DNA from: Eimeria praecox
Taxonomy: Eukaryota
Direction: 5' to 3'
NCBI GenBank assembly: GCA_963920595.1
Contig: OY986950.1
Span: 4,092,001-4,156,000 of the forward strand
Length of the DNA stretch: 64,000 nucleotides
The notes beneath the pieces are model-generated. The model made no database searches and was not told the origin of the DNA. It was given only the letters and a program-made list of their open reading frames with translations. Shown here piece by piece: positions 1 through 12,411 of the stretch. A program made the translations under genes and the position numbers. Each line of letters starts with the position of its first letter. The first letter of the stretch is position 1.

Positions 1-173
1 GGGTAGCGCAGAATTGCCGAACTCTTATATTGTTTAGATATCTTCCCTGTGTTATTGGCATGTCAACACAAAGCATGATCTCTACATATCGCATTCAAAG
101 CTAGTCCTTTAAACGCCGTCAATGTTGGTTATACCTTAGCAGGGGCACACCTTTTCCGGAGCGCATCCGGATT

Positions 174-3150
174 ATGGAGGCCGTCCAAAACGCACTGCGA
201 TATAGGTTTATTCGCTGGTCTGCGAACGGACAGGGTATGGAAGAACTGGTCAAAAGCCAACAAGGGAAGCGGCCGATAGGGAATTACACCGAGGAGTTTC
301 GGGCGTTACTGGCGAGAAGCCCAACAGTGGACTTGAAAGTGTGCATCAACGATTCAGAGCAGGGCTGTCCCCCGAAAAGACGCAATTGGCACGCGGATGG
401 GCTGCATAAAGGTAACGAAAGGGTGAAAGAGTGGGAGTCGCGGGGAGGATAGAGTGTTTAAATATCAAAAGAAGAAAATTGGACACATCCACCGCCGTGG
501 CTGTGGAAAAAGAAAGCGGATTTGGAAATGAACGAGTTATAGAGCCTATACATATTTGGGGTATGAGGGACGCCTTCTCTCAGGAAAGGACACAAAAGAC
601 AACAGCCGGCAGCAGCAGGCGAATTCAGCCTCCAGAAAGCGGGATGGGTGGGAGGGTAGCATGGCCTGGGGGTTGTTGGTACTCGTATTCGTACTTGTTC
701 GCAGGCCGACTACGGTAGATCAAGTACGTATCTAAAAAATAGTCTAAACTACAGTATACAAGGCTAGAGCATTCAGCAAAGGGCCAATGGCTGGGCATGC
801 ATGTGGGGCTGCCTTGTAGCACTAGTTGCAGCAAGGCGCGTTGCAGCCCAGGACAGGTGTCGTTTTACCAGCTCAAGCGTTTGGGAAGCGGCGCCTAGTA
901 GGCTTGGACGGTGCAGGGGAGGTCAGTTACGTCTTACAATTTCTTTTCCTAACTATGTGACTCTTTTGCCGTTCATGAGGTTTCACGGCTCAGATCGAGG
1001 ACTTTCTTTAGAGGGGGGGGCGGGGGGCAGGGTAGCGAGGGGAAGAGACGCAATGAACGCGCATCGTCCTCTTTGACAACAAATGAAGCTACATGAATCT
1101 AGATTGGACACTCAGCAAAGAGCAAAGGACTTGAGAAGCAGGAGCAGCACAGTCAGGGGAAGAAAGAGTGAGACTAGCGAAATGCCCTGGCCACGAAGCA
1201 ACGCGCGAAGCAGCGATGCGGGCGAAAGAGGTGGCAATCATACCGGCAGTTCCTATTCGAGGCACCCCACTGCTTTCCCAACTTCTTATTGATAATTAGG
1301 AGTTGTTAGCGCTACTTGACAGTGGATACGAAGTGGATATAGTATCTTAAGTTACAGCGAGAACGTGCAGTTATCGATCCATTCGTTGGGACAGCCCGTC
1401 TGAATACAGTTCGTTGATGGGAGAGAGAACACGAGAAAAGACAAGGGCTACGGCGTAAAATGCAAGCTCGATGCAGAAATGGGTTTTATTACTATGATAC
1501 GGGACTTTTATGCTGAATCAGTTTTTGACGGGATTGTCCTAGGCATGCAATGGGCAACGCCGTGGAGAGCGCACGTGCGCCCACTATATGATACTACTGA
1601 GCTCGACTATCCGAGAAACAATGATAGACTGTATCTTTCAGAGGTGTCAGTGGCATCTGCATCCTAGACGAAACACAAGAGTGGAATCAGTTTCCCAAAA
1701 GGAAAGGAGTGAGGAGGCTCCTACTCAGGGCATTGTCGATGCTGGAAACGACAAAGAAAGGCATGCACTCCGTCAGGAAGGCCCTACGAAGACCTCAGTT
1801 TTGGGGCATTAAAACCAGATTGAAGTCGGAAAACAGAAGAAGCGGGCACTATTGAAGGAAAAGGTCTCGGAAGCATTAACACGATACAAGCGAGGCGCTG
1901 GTTGCACGGCGAAAGCCTAGTGCATCGCATAGAACTCATTGGTGGACAAGCGCCACGCTTTGTTACAAGATGGGAACGACCTCCGCATCTTGAAGAGCGA
2001 AGAGAGCGGTAAGCTGGCGAACTGCTAAGGAAAGGCAACGTTCAGGTCTCAACTAGCGCGAGCTTGGGCGTAAGCCGGCGCTAGCAGAAAAAAATTTGGC
2101 GGGCAGTCGCCCATGCGTCCACTTTAAGCCCTCGAACAGAATAACGGTGATATAGTTCCCGATGCTACCGGATAGAAGGACAACTTGATCCCTTGCACAG
2201 CTTTGCAGTCTGTTCATACTTTGAATTTTCTGGCTCACTTGAGCAATGTCCAGCACATCCCGTCGACAGGCACAGGGTTGCGTTCCAAACTGCACGCTCA
2301 AACTGAAGTAAAGGCGTATTTCCTTCAGGATCGTGAATGAACAAGCCGAACTGGAGCGGCAGATCAATCAATCCAGCTTTTGGCCAGTCAAAGATTGATG
2401 GATGATTGTATGCAGAAGCCACGCCCTTGTGTTCAGTGGGAACATGAAGCAGCACTTGCAGCAGCTGTCGGATGCCTTACAACTGCTATGCGAGTAGTAG
2501 TGGTTCGTCAAGGTACAAAAGTGTTTCTTTTTATGCATAATTTAGCTTCTTATGGTGTCGTGCCTCTGCAACTGCAGTCATAGTAGTTCGGCAGTGGCCT
2601 GCACCCCAGCACACTCGCACGGAGGTTCGCAAGTTCCTCGGTATGGCGTCGTATTGGTGCAGCTTCATCCCTGGACTTTCCCGCATAGCCGCACCTCAGA
2701 GGGATCTACACAAGAACGAAAAACAACATATTTGGCCAACGGCTGGAGAAGTAGCCTGCAAAAGTCCCATAATACGCCTGGCATTCTCTAGTGTACCCCA
2801 TAACCTGATATCAACAAGCCTTTCCCCCTAACAATCGACTAATGTGGCATAGCGGCTGGGCGATGCGCTCTCTCGGAGCGCTGTGCTGCTCATACTGCTT
2901 TAGGGAAAGAGACCAGAAGTATCCGTGCATGAGGAGCTCTACGCAATCTGGAGGAGGTTAACAAAGTGCTGACATTATTTTTGTGGAAGGCGGTTAGCCG
3001 TTCAAACCACCATCGGTCTCCGGCAAACCGTTTTCAAGACTATGATGATGGAAGGGCTGTTCTGTGGCTTTTCCGGTTCACGGAGTGTTTAACAGTACAG
3101 TGTATCACGGGTAGCACCAACGTGATCGCTGACGCATTCTTCGAACGCTC
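174..3150 (+). mobile_element. Degenerate Ty3/gypsy (chromovirus-like) LTR retrotransposon remnant, gag-PR-RT-RNaseH, with many stops and frameshifts
   Basis: Fragments occur in canonical gypsy order. Gag-like 'LVKSQQGKRPIGNYTEEFRALL' is at ~245-310. Protease 'ALLDSG' is at ~1309-1326 and 'GIVLGMQW' at ~1530-1553. RT-start 'HRIELIGG..ELLRKGNVQVSTS' is at ~1923-2057, then 'CVHFKPSNRITVI*FPM' at ~2113-2165 and 'YGVVPLQL' at ~2551-2574. RT/RNaseH connection 'ASYWCSFIPGLSRIAAP' is at ~2646-2696 and the RNaseH end 'ITGSTNVIADAF' at ~3104-3140. No LTR pair could be delimited. Confidence 0.8.
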
Positions 3151-5600
3151 TATCGGTCAGGCACTGTGCTGTGCAGCTATGCTTACGTGCGATGATTCCC
3201 ATTTTCCCTCTCAATTGCTTTTTCGTTGCCTTATATACTCCGGTGGTTGCTTTGCTCCCTACATAAAACAACAGACGACGGGTCATATGAACCCCGCGAA
3301 CCGCAGGGTTGTGCAGCGCGCCAGCCTAACCTGAAGTGCAGCGCACCTTTCTCCAACTAGTGCTGCAAACCAGCCCCACGTGCAGGAGCACCGAAGCCCC
3401 TCATTGGTGAATACGCTAACAGTGCAGATTACAGTTTCGAAAGCCATGAAGCACTTAGTTGGTCCTCCATTCCCCAGCCTGCAACTGAGCATAGATACGA
3501 ATACTAACATCACGCAGGCCATGCTACAAAGCCCGCTTTGCTGAATACGCTAACAATGTAGACAGCTCTTCAACTGTAAGCCTAGGTACACTTACCAGTG
3601 TTCACACTCAGGCCATGCTGCAAATGAGGCTTTCGTGCTGACCGTTAAATGGCCCACGCAGCCTCCTTTCTCAGGCTATAACAGATGCGCAACCTGCAGC
3701 CTGAGGAACTCAGCAAGTGTTAGACCAGTAAGAGGTGCAACCGTAAGAGACGTATCAGTCAGAAATGCAGCAGCAAGATACGCAAAAGTCAAATGGCCAG
3801 TAGGATGAACCAGTAGAGCCTCAGACTAGCACTCGCGGCAGCAGCTCGCCCCGAAGGAGCCATACCCTCGTGGTACCCGCCCTGCGCTGAGTGGCTAGGC
3901 ACATGGAGCAGTGGGCTACTTGGGGAAGAGGGCGGGAGGACGCAGCGTGGTCTAAAGGAAGTTGATGCATGCATTACTATTTGTATGAATTGGTCCTACT
4001 GATGGCCACGTAGATGTTCAACAATTGTATACAGCTTCAGTTCATGCTGCAATTTGACTTGGCTATGTTTGCGTATAGGGGAGCCTCAGGTCACTGCATG
4101 CACGACGATGCGTTGCAGCTCATGCCAGCCGCATCCTCTCACGTCAGGGCCACGCCCTTGAGCCTGTCTGCCCGGGATAATTGGGGACTGCAGAAGAGGC
4201 GAAATGCTTTTTGTTAATTCTATCCTTTAGTCCTTGGCTCTAATGCAATTCCTGGCGGTCCTTAGCTAAGTTCAGGACCCTTCGCTACAATATGGCTCCC
4301 CTCACACATCGTCCCGTTCTCCAACAACTTCTCTTACGTCGCTCCTTCTCTTCCCTCCTTTTCCTATATTATAACCACCTAAGTTAGCTTAATGCTGCAG
4401 GCCATTGGAAGAAACCCCAAGGATTGTGCAGGACCCTGCGAGAGTTCTAGCGATAAGGCACGCAAGCAATTGTTCTTATAATATATGTTAGTATATAATA
4501 CTGTTAGCTAGACGACAAATATTGGGATGGCCGACAGCCACGGCATCAAACTTTGCCTTCGCTTGCATCAACCCACAAGTTAGTAAAGAGCTCTTTGAGC
4601 AAAATATTGCAGAAATAGGCGAAGGAGCCCCTGCTTTTATAGCATGTACCTTAGGAGCGGTAAGTTCGAAAATACGGACGAGAACGAGCGGGAAATGGAA
4701 TCATGAGCCTACCACCATTTGCTTTATTCTTTAAGAAGTGCTTTTAACTGGCTGGCCTAAGGGCACAATATTGCACAAACATTGAGGACAGATATGAACA
4801 GCGGATCCCCTCATAGGCGCGGAGGCGACGGGCGGGCGGCTTCGTCTTCGCGATTGGGGGGCTTGTATTCGTAATCAGCGAAGCACCTGCTCCTCGCATA
4901 TACCGGTATTTTGTTTAATCGACGATCAAAAATATAATGTGTAGTTGAAGAGCTCAGACGGTTGGCGAATTTGGTGAAGAATGCGCACAGGGTGTTCCCT
5001 AGAAGGGTCTTCAGAAGCGTGTATGGGGGACCAACCCGGTTAAGCGGCACCAAATGAGCAGATATATGCCTTCAAAATCATGTTAAATCTATATATTTTA
5101 TATTATGTCTGGGAGAGATTAGAAATGAATAGATTTATCAAGGAATTGGGGGGCGCGAAATCTTCCAGCTCGCTGCCGACAGGCACGCCTGAACCGAAGT
5201 AGGACCGGTGGTCAGCGCAAGGAAGAGAGGATTCTAGATGAAAATAAAACTCCAGCTCATGTCTAGCTATTTTCATGAGTTAATTTTGCTACCGTTTATT
5301 TCCGATTAGCGCTGCATCTATATAGCAGCAGTTCAAAGATTGTTTCTGCTTCGATGCTGGTGAGGCAGGGCTAGCCGCAGAGGATCTGCCAGACCGGCGC
5401 GGAAGATCGGCCGTGGCTGTGGACTCGGCGTTCTTCTCTGGAGGATTCGTTCGTTACATTTCTCGCATTTACTCTTCTAAATGTTTCATTTCCTCTGCTA
5501 AGCATTCGAGGATATTCTTGTGACGCTGCCGCCTATTGGTCCGCCGGCCGCTGTCTCTCTTCTTCTGTGCCTCGCTACAACAAAGGCCCGGGGCAAGGCC

Positions 5601-6596
5601 ATGGCGAGAAAGTTGTTTGTTTCGGCCCCCTTGGGGGCCATCGTTTTGTCTTTTCATTCGTTTTCTTCTTCTTCGCTTGCTCTTCATCTGCAAGCTGCAA
5701 ATGAAGCGCCCTACAGCAGAGAAGCCCTGCTCAGCCAGCCCTACTTAGAGGAGGTGGATGGCTTCGACCTGCCAGCCTCCTCGCACCAGAGCTTTTTGCA
5801 AAGAGGTTTTTTAAGAAAGGTAAGGAAAGATAAGGGGGGAAGGGGTCAATCCCCCCCAGGATCAGCCAGTGCGGGTGCGCGCACCTCTCCGGGAGACCCC
5901 GACGAACAACTTGTACGCCCCGTTGAAGAACCTGAAAGCCCCGGGGCAGAACCTGTAGACCCCTACGACGGTCTCGCAGGAATGACTCTAAGTAGTACTC
6001 TGGGGTCGGGAGCCGAAGGAGCTTCTGGTGGAATCCAACGAAGAAGAAGACCAGTTGAAGTGGCGCCTGTTCCCGTGGGATCCGTCATCTTACGAGGCGC
6101 AGAAGCCTTCCAAGCGCGTCAGAGATTGCACAGGCCAATTGATATACCAATTGACAAGCAGAGGTATCAGCCGCCACCGGACCCTTCTGGTGAAGCTGGC
6201 CCACCAGCACAAGATAGGGGGAATGAGGGCCCAAGCGAGACTCCAGTGATGGCTCCTACTTCTCCAACGTTCCCGGGTTTCAAGGACCAACTGGAAAAGG
6301 CACTGGGCTCTCGAACTAGCTCTCTACCTCTAACTAAACAAACATCAACTGAATCAGCACCTCAATTAACGCGGCCTGTGTGGAAAGTGCCTAAACCTGA
6401 TACTCGGCTTCCTTCTAACTTACCCGGAAGTCAGTTCACGTTAAAAGGCATTCAAGGAAGCCTGGGACAGCTTGGAGGCCCTATTTCGCCCCCCAACACC
6501 GGAGATGCAAGCCAAACGGAAGAAGACGACGAGCCACCTCCCAATTTCAAACCACCTCCTCCTCCTGGGTTCCCACGCAAAAGCGCGCCGCAATAA
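5601..6596 (+). CDS. Single-exon putative secreted, Pro-rich, disordered protein (331 aa from ATG 5601)
   Basis: Long ORF in non-repetitive DNA. It has an N-terminal hydrophobic signal-like segment (MARKLFVSAPLGAIVLSFHSFSSSSLALHLQA), an SFLQ motif at 5790-5801 and a C-terminal EEDDEPPPNFKPPPPPGFP. No recognisable domain. Confidence 0.75.
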   Translation: MARKLFVSAPLGAIVLSFHSFSSSSLALHLQAANEAPYSREALLSQPYLEEVDGFDLPASSHQSFLQRGFLRKVRKDKGGRGQSPPGSASAGARTSPGDPDEQLVRPVEEPESPGAEPVDPYDGLAGMTLSSTLGSGAEGASGGIQRRRRPVEVAPVPVGSVILRGAEAFQARQRLHRPIDIPIDKQRYQPPPDPSGEAGPPAQDRGNEGPSETPVMAPTSPTFPGFKDQLEKALGSRTSSLPLTKQTSTESAPQLTRPVWKVPKPDTRLPSNLPGSQFTLKGIQGSLGQLGGPISPPNTGDASQTEEDDEPPPNFKPPPPPGFPRKSAPQ

Positions 6597-7896
6597 ACTG
6601 GCGGTAGCTACGCCGTAACGCGATTTAACCAGAGACAGAAAGGTCTCTGATGCTCTCTCAGGGCATCGCATATATTTACATACACGCATGTAAATACGCA
6701 TATATGCATGCCTGTATATTATTGCTTGTTTTGTATTATTGCTTCACATGCAGCATCCCGTAGAGCATGTGCGGATAACACAGAACACCGCTTAATGGTT
6801 TTATACAGTCTTTAATGGATTTATTTACGGATTCCGTCATTTCAACATTCCGCTGTCCTCGCTGCAGACAAAGACAACCATTGTGATCTGCGCGATCTGA
6901 GAAAACCAAAGCCGTTAATTTCAGTAGTGCCCATCTTAACAACAGTTTTTTACTTGAACAGTAGCTGTTTACTTAAGCAACAGCTATTTATTTTAAATAC
7001 CTTTATTTTAACCGTCTATTTTCACAAGAGCCATCTGCTTGGTTTATACTTGCTAGTTAATGATGGCTCTTATTTATACCCTTCTCCGAACACGCCAGTG
7101 CTACTTAGCTTTTTTATGCTCAGCATAAAAATAAACACATAAAGAATATGGATAAATAGTTTAAGATATATTCGTTCGTATACGCATGCATATGCACTAT
7201 ATATAAGCTTTCTGAAGTCTTCTCCCGCTTAGTGCGCTGGCACTTGACTCAGAATTAAGTGCACAGCATACGCAGTATCTGCTTTACGACAGCAGTTCAC
7301 ATTTGTACTCTGCAGTGCAATATTAATATATTGTAAATACATATAATATATATCTATATGCATATCTGTATGGGAATATTTACATTATTATAATATTACT
7401 ACAGACTGGGCTGTTGCAGAGCAGATATCTAGAAGCTACACACCGCCAGCAGTTCGCCAAAACGAACATTAAAGGCAGCAGAGAATTACACCACCTTATC
7501 AAGGTCCCAATAACATCTTAACTGTTACATGCTGCATACATGAAGAAGGCAGCAAAACAACTGCCTCAACTAGTGCCACTGTGTTGCTTTTCTCGTTTGT
7601 CTTGGGCGGTTGGGTTGATATATATTGAACGCTAAGGGAAATGCTAACCAGAACTTCGGGAAGTGTAAGTACAGCACAGGCCGCTTTGCTGACAAGCCCG
7701 TTGCGCTTCCACAGAATCCAGCAAGCAGGCATAATTAAATGCATCCAGTATTCGAGAAAGGAAAGACAAAAAAGGCACCATGCCAGCTGATTGCTCATTG
7801 CATGTACTGCTGGCTCTTGGTTTTCATCCAGGGCACACAGCGCCAAACAAAACCCAAAAAATCGGAACCTGCAACTGCCAGCTGCTTATATATATG

Positions 7897-8135
7897 TAAT
7901 GCATGCATGCATAAAAGGACATTAGCAATACATGCGTAGAGGAGCAAAATGCACGCATGCAATTAATTACACGCATGCAAGTAGTTGCACGCATGCAGCA
8001 GCAGCATGCACATGCATGCATGCACATGCATGCATGCACATGCACAGGCCATCGACGAATGTAACCTTTAAACGTTGCATGCATGCATGCAGTGCTCTGC
8101 ATGCAGCACCCTGCATGCAGCACCCTGCATGCAGC
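7897..8135. repeat. Cluster of TGCATGCA palindromic octamers and variants
   Basis: Many overlapping TGCATGCA/GCATGC copies. Smaller clusters occur at ~19277-19305, ~20887-20905, ~22570-22725 and ~42556-42607. TGCATGCA is a known Eimeria repeat and an ApiAP2-type motif. Confidence 0.85.
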
Positions 8136-8376
8136 GCCCTGCAGCTTTGTGCTACGGGGAGGCTGAACACCTGCCTCAAACCCTCTTTGGGGTTTACCGC
8201 CGTGCGCACATTTGAAATTGTGTGGTGCAATGGCAAAAACCGAAATAAAACGAATGAACATGTAATGACAAACGGAAAAAAGGCGGCTGCCCCTCCCTTA
8301 CTGCGTCGTTAGCACGATGGGAAAGACGCTGTTCTGCAGCGTATGCATGCATGCACTGCAACCCCACGGGCTGGGT

Positions 8377-11300
8377 TCATCTATTCGTTTTTTCCGCTTT
8401 GCAAGCACAAGAGGAGGGAGCCGTGCATGCAGCAACACGCCCCAAGAGCTGGGGGTACAGGTCCTCAGCTCTGTCTTTTCCCCAGCCAAAGTCCAGGTGG
8501 CCAAAGCCATCAACAACCTGCAAATGCAGTTTTTCGTTTCCTATGCATCTTCTCAAGTACTCCGCACTCGCCTCTGCATGCAGCCCCCAACGCACACAAC
8601 AGCAGAACCCAGTCAATTATCCACAACCCCTTCTCAGACTAATTGCAGCCTATGGCCGTTAACCACCTAACCAGCTAGCTAGCTAGACAGCTGGCCACCT
8701 AGACCGTCTACTATCTATGCTGCCTCCAAGCTCCATAGCTAGGTTCCTTACTACATAAGGAGGCAGCTAGGCTGCTGCAGAGGCAACCCCTAGAAAGACA
8801 GCCTCTTAGCAAATTAGCCGAGGCAGCCAGCATACTAGCTAGCTAGCCACAGTTTCAACCCGCTGGTGTAACCTTTGCAGCTGACCTGGCTGCACGAGAT
8901 TGTCGTGGGCCCCAAGGAAGGCGTACAGAGAACCAGTTATTCTTTCCAACGGATAACGGCCCCCCACTACTTCCACAGGCGGTGAGGCTCCCCACTGTTG
9001 CTGCTGTTGCGGATGCTGCTGCCGTTCGTTGTGCTGCTGCTGCTGCTGCTGTTCGTTGTACTCCTGTTGCTGTTCGTTGTGTTGCTGCTGCTGCTCGTTG
9101 CGCTGAGCAGTTGTGTCTTCATGCAAGTGCCCCACCCGCGGGGCGTTGCTGATTTCAGGCTGAGGGAATGAAGAGGACAAAGAAAAAGGTGAAGAAGACA
9201 CCGAAGACGGGGGAGAGAAAGAGGACAAAGGCTCGCCGCTGTTCAACTGCTGCATCCAATGCGCAAAATTCTGGCGCGAGGTACCCCCTGCAGCAACAGC
9301 AGCAGCAGCAAGAGCAGCAGCAAGAGCAGCAGCAGTGCACCACAGGTCCTCGATTTCCTCGCAGCCGTTTCATCATATTGCACCAGTGTCTCAGGTGAGA
9401 GAAGCACAACAGCATAGAAGCAGAAGCACACGATGCAGCAGCAGCGGAAGCACCTCCAGCAGCAGTAGCAGGAGAAGCACCAATATGGGTGCAGTTACCT
9501 GAAGGAGTATGGGCGAAGTTGAGGAAGAGCTGCTGCTGCTGCAGGGGAGTGTTGTAGAAGCGCATGCCCCCTCTTTTGCCTGATCCGACAATTGCATTAC
9601 CTGCTGTACTCAGCAGCCGCTTCGGAATAAACCCAACAAAGTACTTCAGCGCCTGCAGCAGCAGCGTAGGGTGTTGCATCCCCAGCAGCAACAGCACCCG
9701 AGCAGAGTATGGTAGCTGCTGCAGCGGCTGTAGGATTAGAGGTGGCGAAAACAAAACTGAACGTTGCAGCAGCAAGCCCAAAGAAGGGGAAGAAGAAAGA
9801 GCTATCAGTAGTTGCGCTGCCCCTTGTGACTGTCCCACAGCCACCAACCCGCATCCGAATGCACTCCTGCTGCTGCTGCTGTTGCTGCTGCTGCTGTTGT
9901 TGCTGCTGCTGCCTGCGGGAGTACCCAACATAGCAGCTCGGCGTCTGTTGAGGGTTTGTGAATGCTGCACAATGTATTGAAGTTGGGCTGGGAGATCGAA
10001 GAGTGCCATTTCGTGAAAAGACCAGAACCCCGAGGCAAAAGACGGAGAAAAAACGAAAGGAGGGCTGCTGCTGTTCAAGCCCCTACGAAGTCTGGGAAGC
10101 CAACTCCCGTTGCTGCTGCTATTACTTCTGCTGCTGCTCTTGGTGCTGCTCTCGGCGCCGTTGTTTTGTTGCAGCAGCAGCAGCAGCAGTTGCTGCTGCT
10201 GCTACTACTGCTACTGCTGCTGCTGAGCTCGTCGTTACTCCAACCCAATTCCGCACCGCAGGCACCCCGCCTCGATTCTCTGGGGATGCGTTGGTCTGGT
10301 TGCATGCAAGCGCTGCTGTATCTGTATGCTGCAGCCTTGCAGCATCCCTGGTTGCTGCAACAGCAGCAGCTCGCAGCAGCGGCTGCTCCACTTCTTTGTC
10401 TCTGCTCATTCCAGGGCATTCGCATGCATCCCCGAAAGGACAAACAGCCCCCAACCCACCACAGTTGCGTAGCCCATGCAGCACATATTCGCTGGTGAGA
10501 CAATTAGCAAGGCATCCTACTGATGCTGCTGGTGCTGCTGCTACTGATGAGGGGTGAGCCGTTTGTACACCTGCATGCGTCTCCGCGGAATCTATACCAC
10601 CTGAAGACAGCCCTGTCGACAGTTCAGACTCAGACAATGGTCGCGCTAACTGCTGCTGCTGCTGCTGCTGTTGTTGCTGTTGCTGCTGGTGGTGGCTGGC
10701 GCTTTCAAAGCTTTCAGGGCTTTGGCTGCCCCAGTGCATGCTCAACAGCAGCGAGGAAGCTTGGATGCATGCATCTTTCAACAGGCGCTTCTGCTCCTCA
10801 TGGGGCTTGCCTCGAAGCATAGGAAACGACGTCAGGCCACTACAACGGCAGCACACAATGGAGCAGCAGTCCTCTTCCACATCCTGCTGGTATTCTTGCT
10901 GCCGCTCCTGTTGGTGGTGGTGCTGCTTGCTCGTATCCGCTTCGGCAGGTTTGCTGCTGCGTCTGAGCTTTCAAAAATTGCTGCTGCTGCTCCTCAATGA
11001 AGGCATGCAAAGTTGACAGAGAGTAAGAGGGCTGCCTATCGTCCTCTTGCAGCTCCTCAGGCAAGTATTCGGAAGCGTCCTGCACTTGATCTTGTTGCTG
11101 CTGTTGCTGCTGCTGCTGCTGCTTCTCTTTGTGGTTGCTGAGCTGCCGCGTGTATTCGTTGCCTCTGCTGTTCACCAGCCAAACTTCGCCTCCTCTTTGG
11201 GCAACAATGAAAGGAAGAGAAAGGAAGCCGCCAGTAATCCAGTTCAAAGATGACTCCAACAATCCATGCACAAACACGAACACCTGCCCCTTGCAGTCCC

Positions 11301-12411
11301 CATTCAGGCTGCTGCTACCACTGTTGCTGCTGCTGCTGCTGCTGTTCTTGCTAGTTCCACCCATTTGTGGTGTTTGCCCTGCTGCTGAATGTGCAGCAAC
11401 ACGCTGCCCTGCACCCTTCGACGGAGAGCCGCTGGTAGTGGCGGTTGCGGCGGCTGCTGGTGTGGGTGCTGATGCTGTTGTCGTTGTTGCTGTTGCTGCT
11501 TCAGTGTCTCCCAGCACCTCGCAAGCACAGCTGTCTGTGCAGCAGCAGCGACTGACTCTTCGCAGGCGATAGAAGTGGATCTCGTGGCCGTCAGTTGTGC
11601 GTACACTGTGCCTTTCGGCTTTGAACTGCCCACCACTTAATGTGTGCGTATACCGCTCCATCAGGTCTGGACAGAAACGGCGCAGCAGCTGTTGCCGCTG
11701 CAGCTGCAGCAGCAGCACCAACATGCTGTGCAGGCTGTCCCGCAGCAGCACGCTGAACTTATCTGCCAGCCATCCACCCCCAAACCAGCCCACCAGGCCC
11801 CCCACAACACCTCCCAGGTCAGGCACTGCATATAAGGCTGTTGAAGCAGCAGCAACAGAAGTAGCTGCAACAGAGGCTGCATCTTCTTCGCGCTCCTCCT
11901 CCACTGGCCCACCATCGGCAGGGCTCCTCTGCTTCACGGGCTGCTGCTGCTGGCTGCCCTCCGACGGGTGGGGCAGGAGCCGCAGCTCTTGTGGAAATGC
12001 TGTGATAGATGGTGAGGAGGTGGTGGAATAGCTAGAGATGGCAGCAGCAGACGCAGCGGGAGTATCGGAAGCATCACTAGCTGAAGGCCTGGCGCTCTGA
12101 GGGGGAATGCATAGACAAGATGTAGACAATGACGCAGCCCCTCCTTGCTGCGAGTCCAAGCTGCAATTCAGCCTGAAGTCCTGCTGCGCATCCTGCTGGT
12201 GCTGCTGGAGCTGCTGCTGCTCTTGGTGCTGCTGCTCATGGTGTTGCTGCTCTTGCTGCTGCTGCTTCTGGTGCTGCTGCTCTTGCTGCTGCTGCTCTTG
12301 GTGCTGCTGCTGCTCTTGCTGCTGCTTTTCTTGCGACTGCGCCCGCAATTGCGGCCCCGTCCTGTCGCGGTGGGCACTGGACAGCCTACCATCGGCATCG
12401 CCCTCCCACAT
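8377..12411 (-). CDS. Alpha/beta-hydrolase lipase of the lysosomal/gastric acid lipase (Abhydro_lipase) family, multi-exon
   Basis: Motifs in order: 'ERHSVRTTDGHEIHFYRL', 'VFVHGLLESSLNW', 'EVWLVNSRGNEYT', 'FWSFHEMALFDLPA', nucleophile elbow GQSQG (9821-9835), 'HTPSG|GTSRQNFAHWMQ', 'FLGAHDNLV' (Asp) and 'FGHLDFGWG' (His). Resolved 3' exons are ..9499, 9287-8886 and 8573-8377. The start (ATG 12411) is tentative and the junction between ~10930 and ~10200 is unresolved. Confidence 0.88.

Noticed and set aside
3950..4520. 3' LTR of the retroelement
   Set aside because: A purine tract and TATA-like sequence are present, but no second LTR copy or clear TG..CA ends can be shown within the window.
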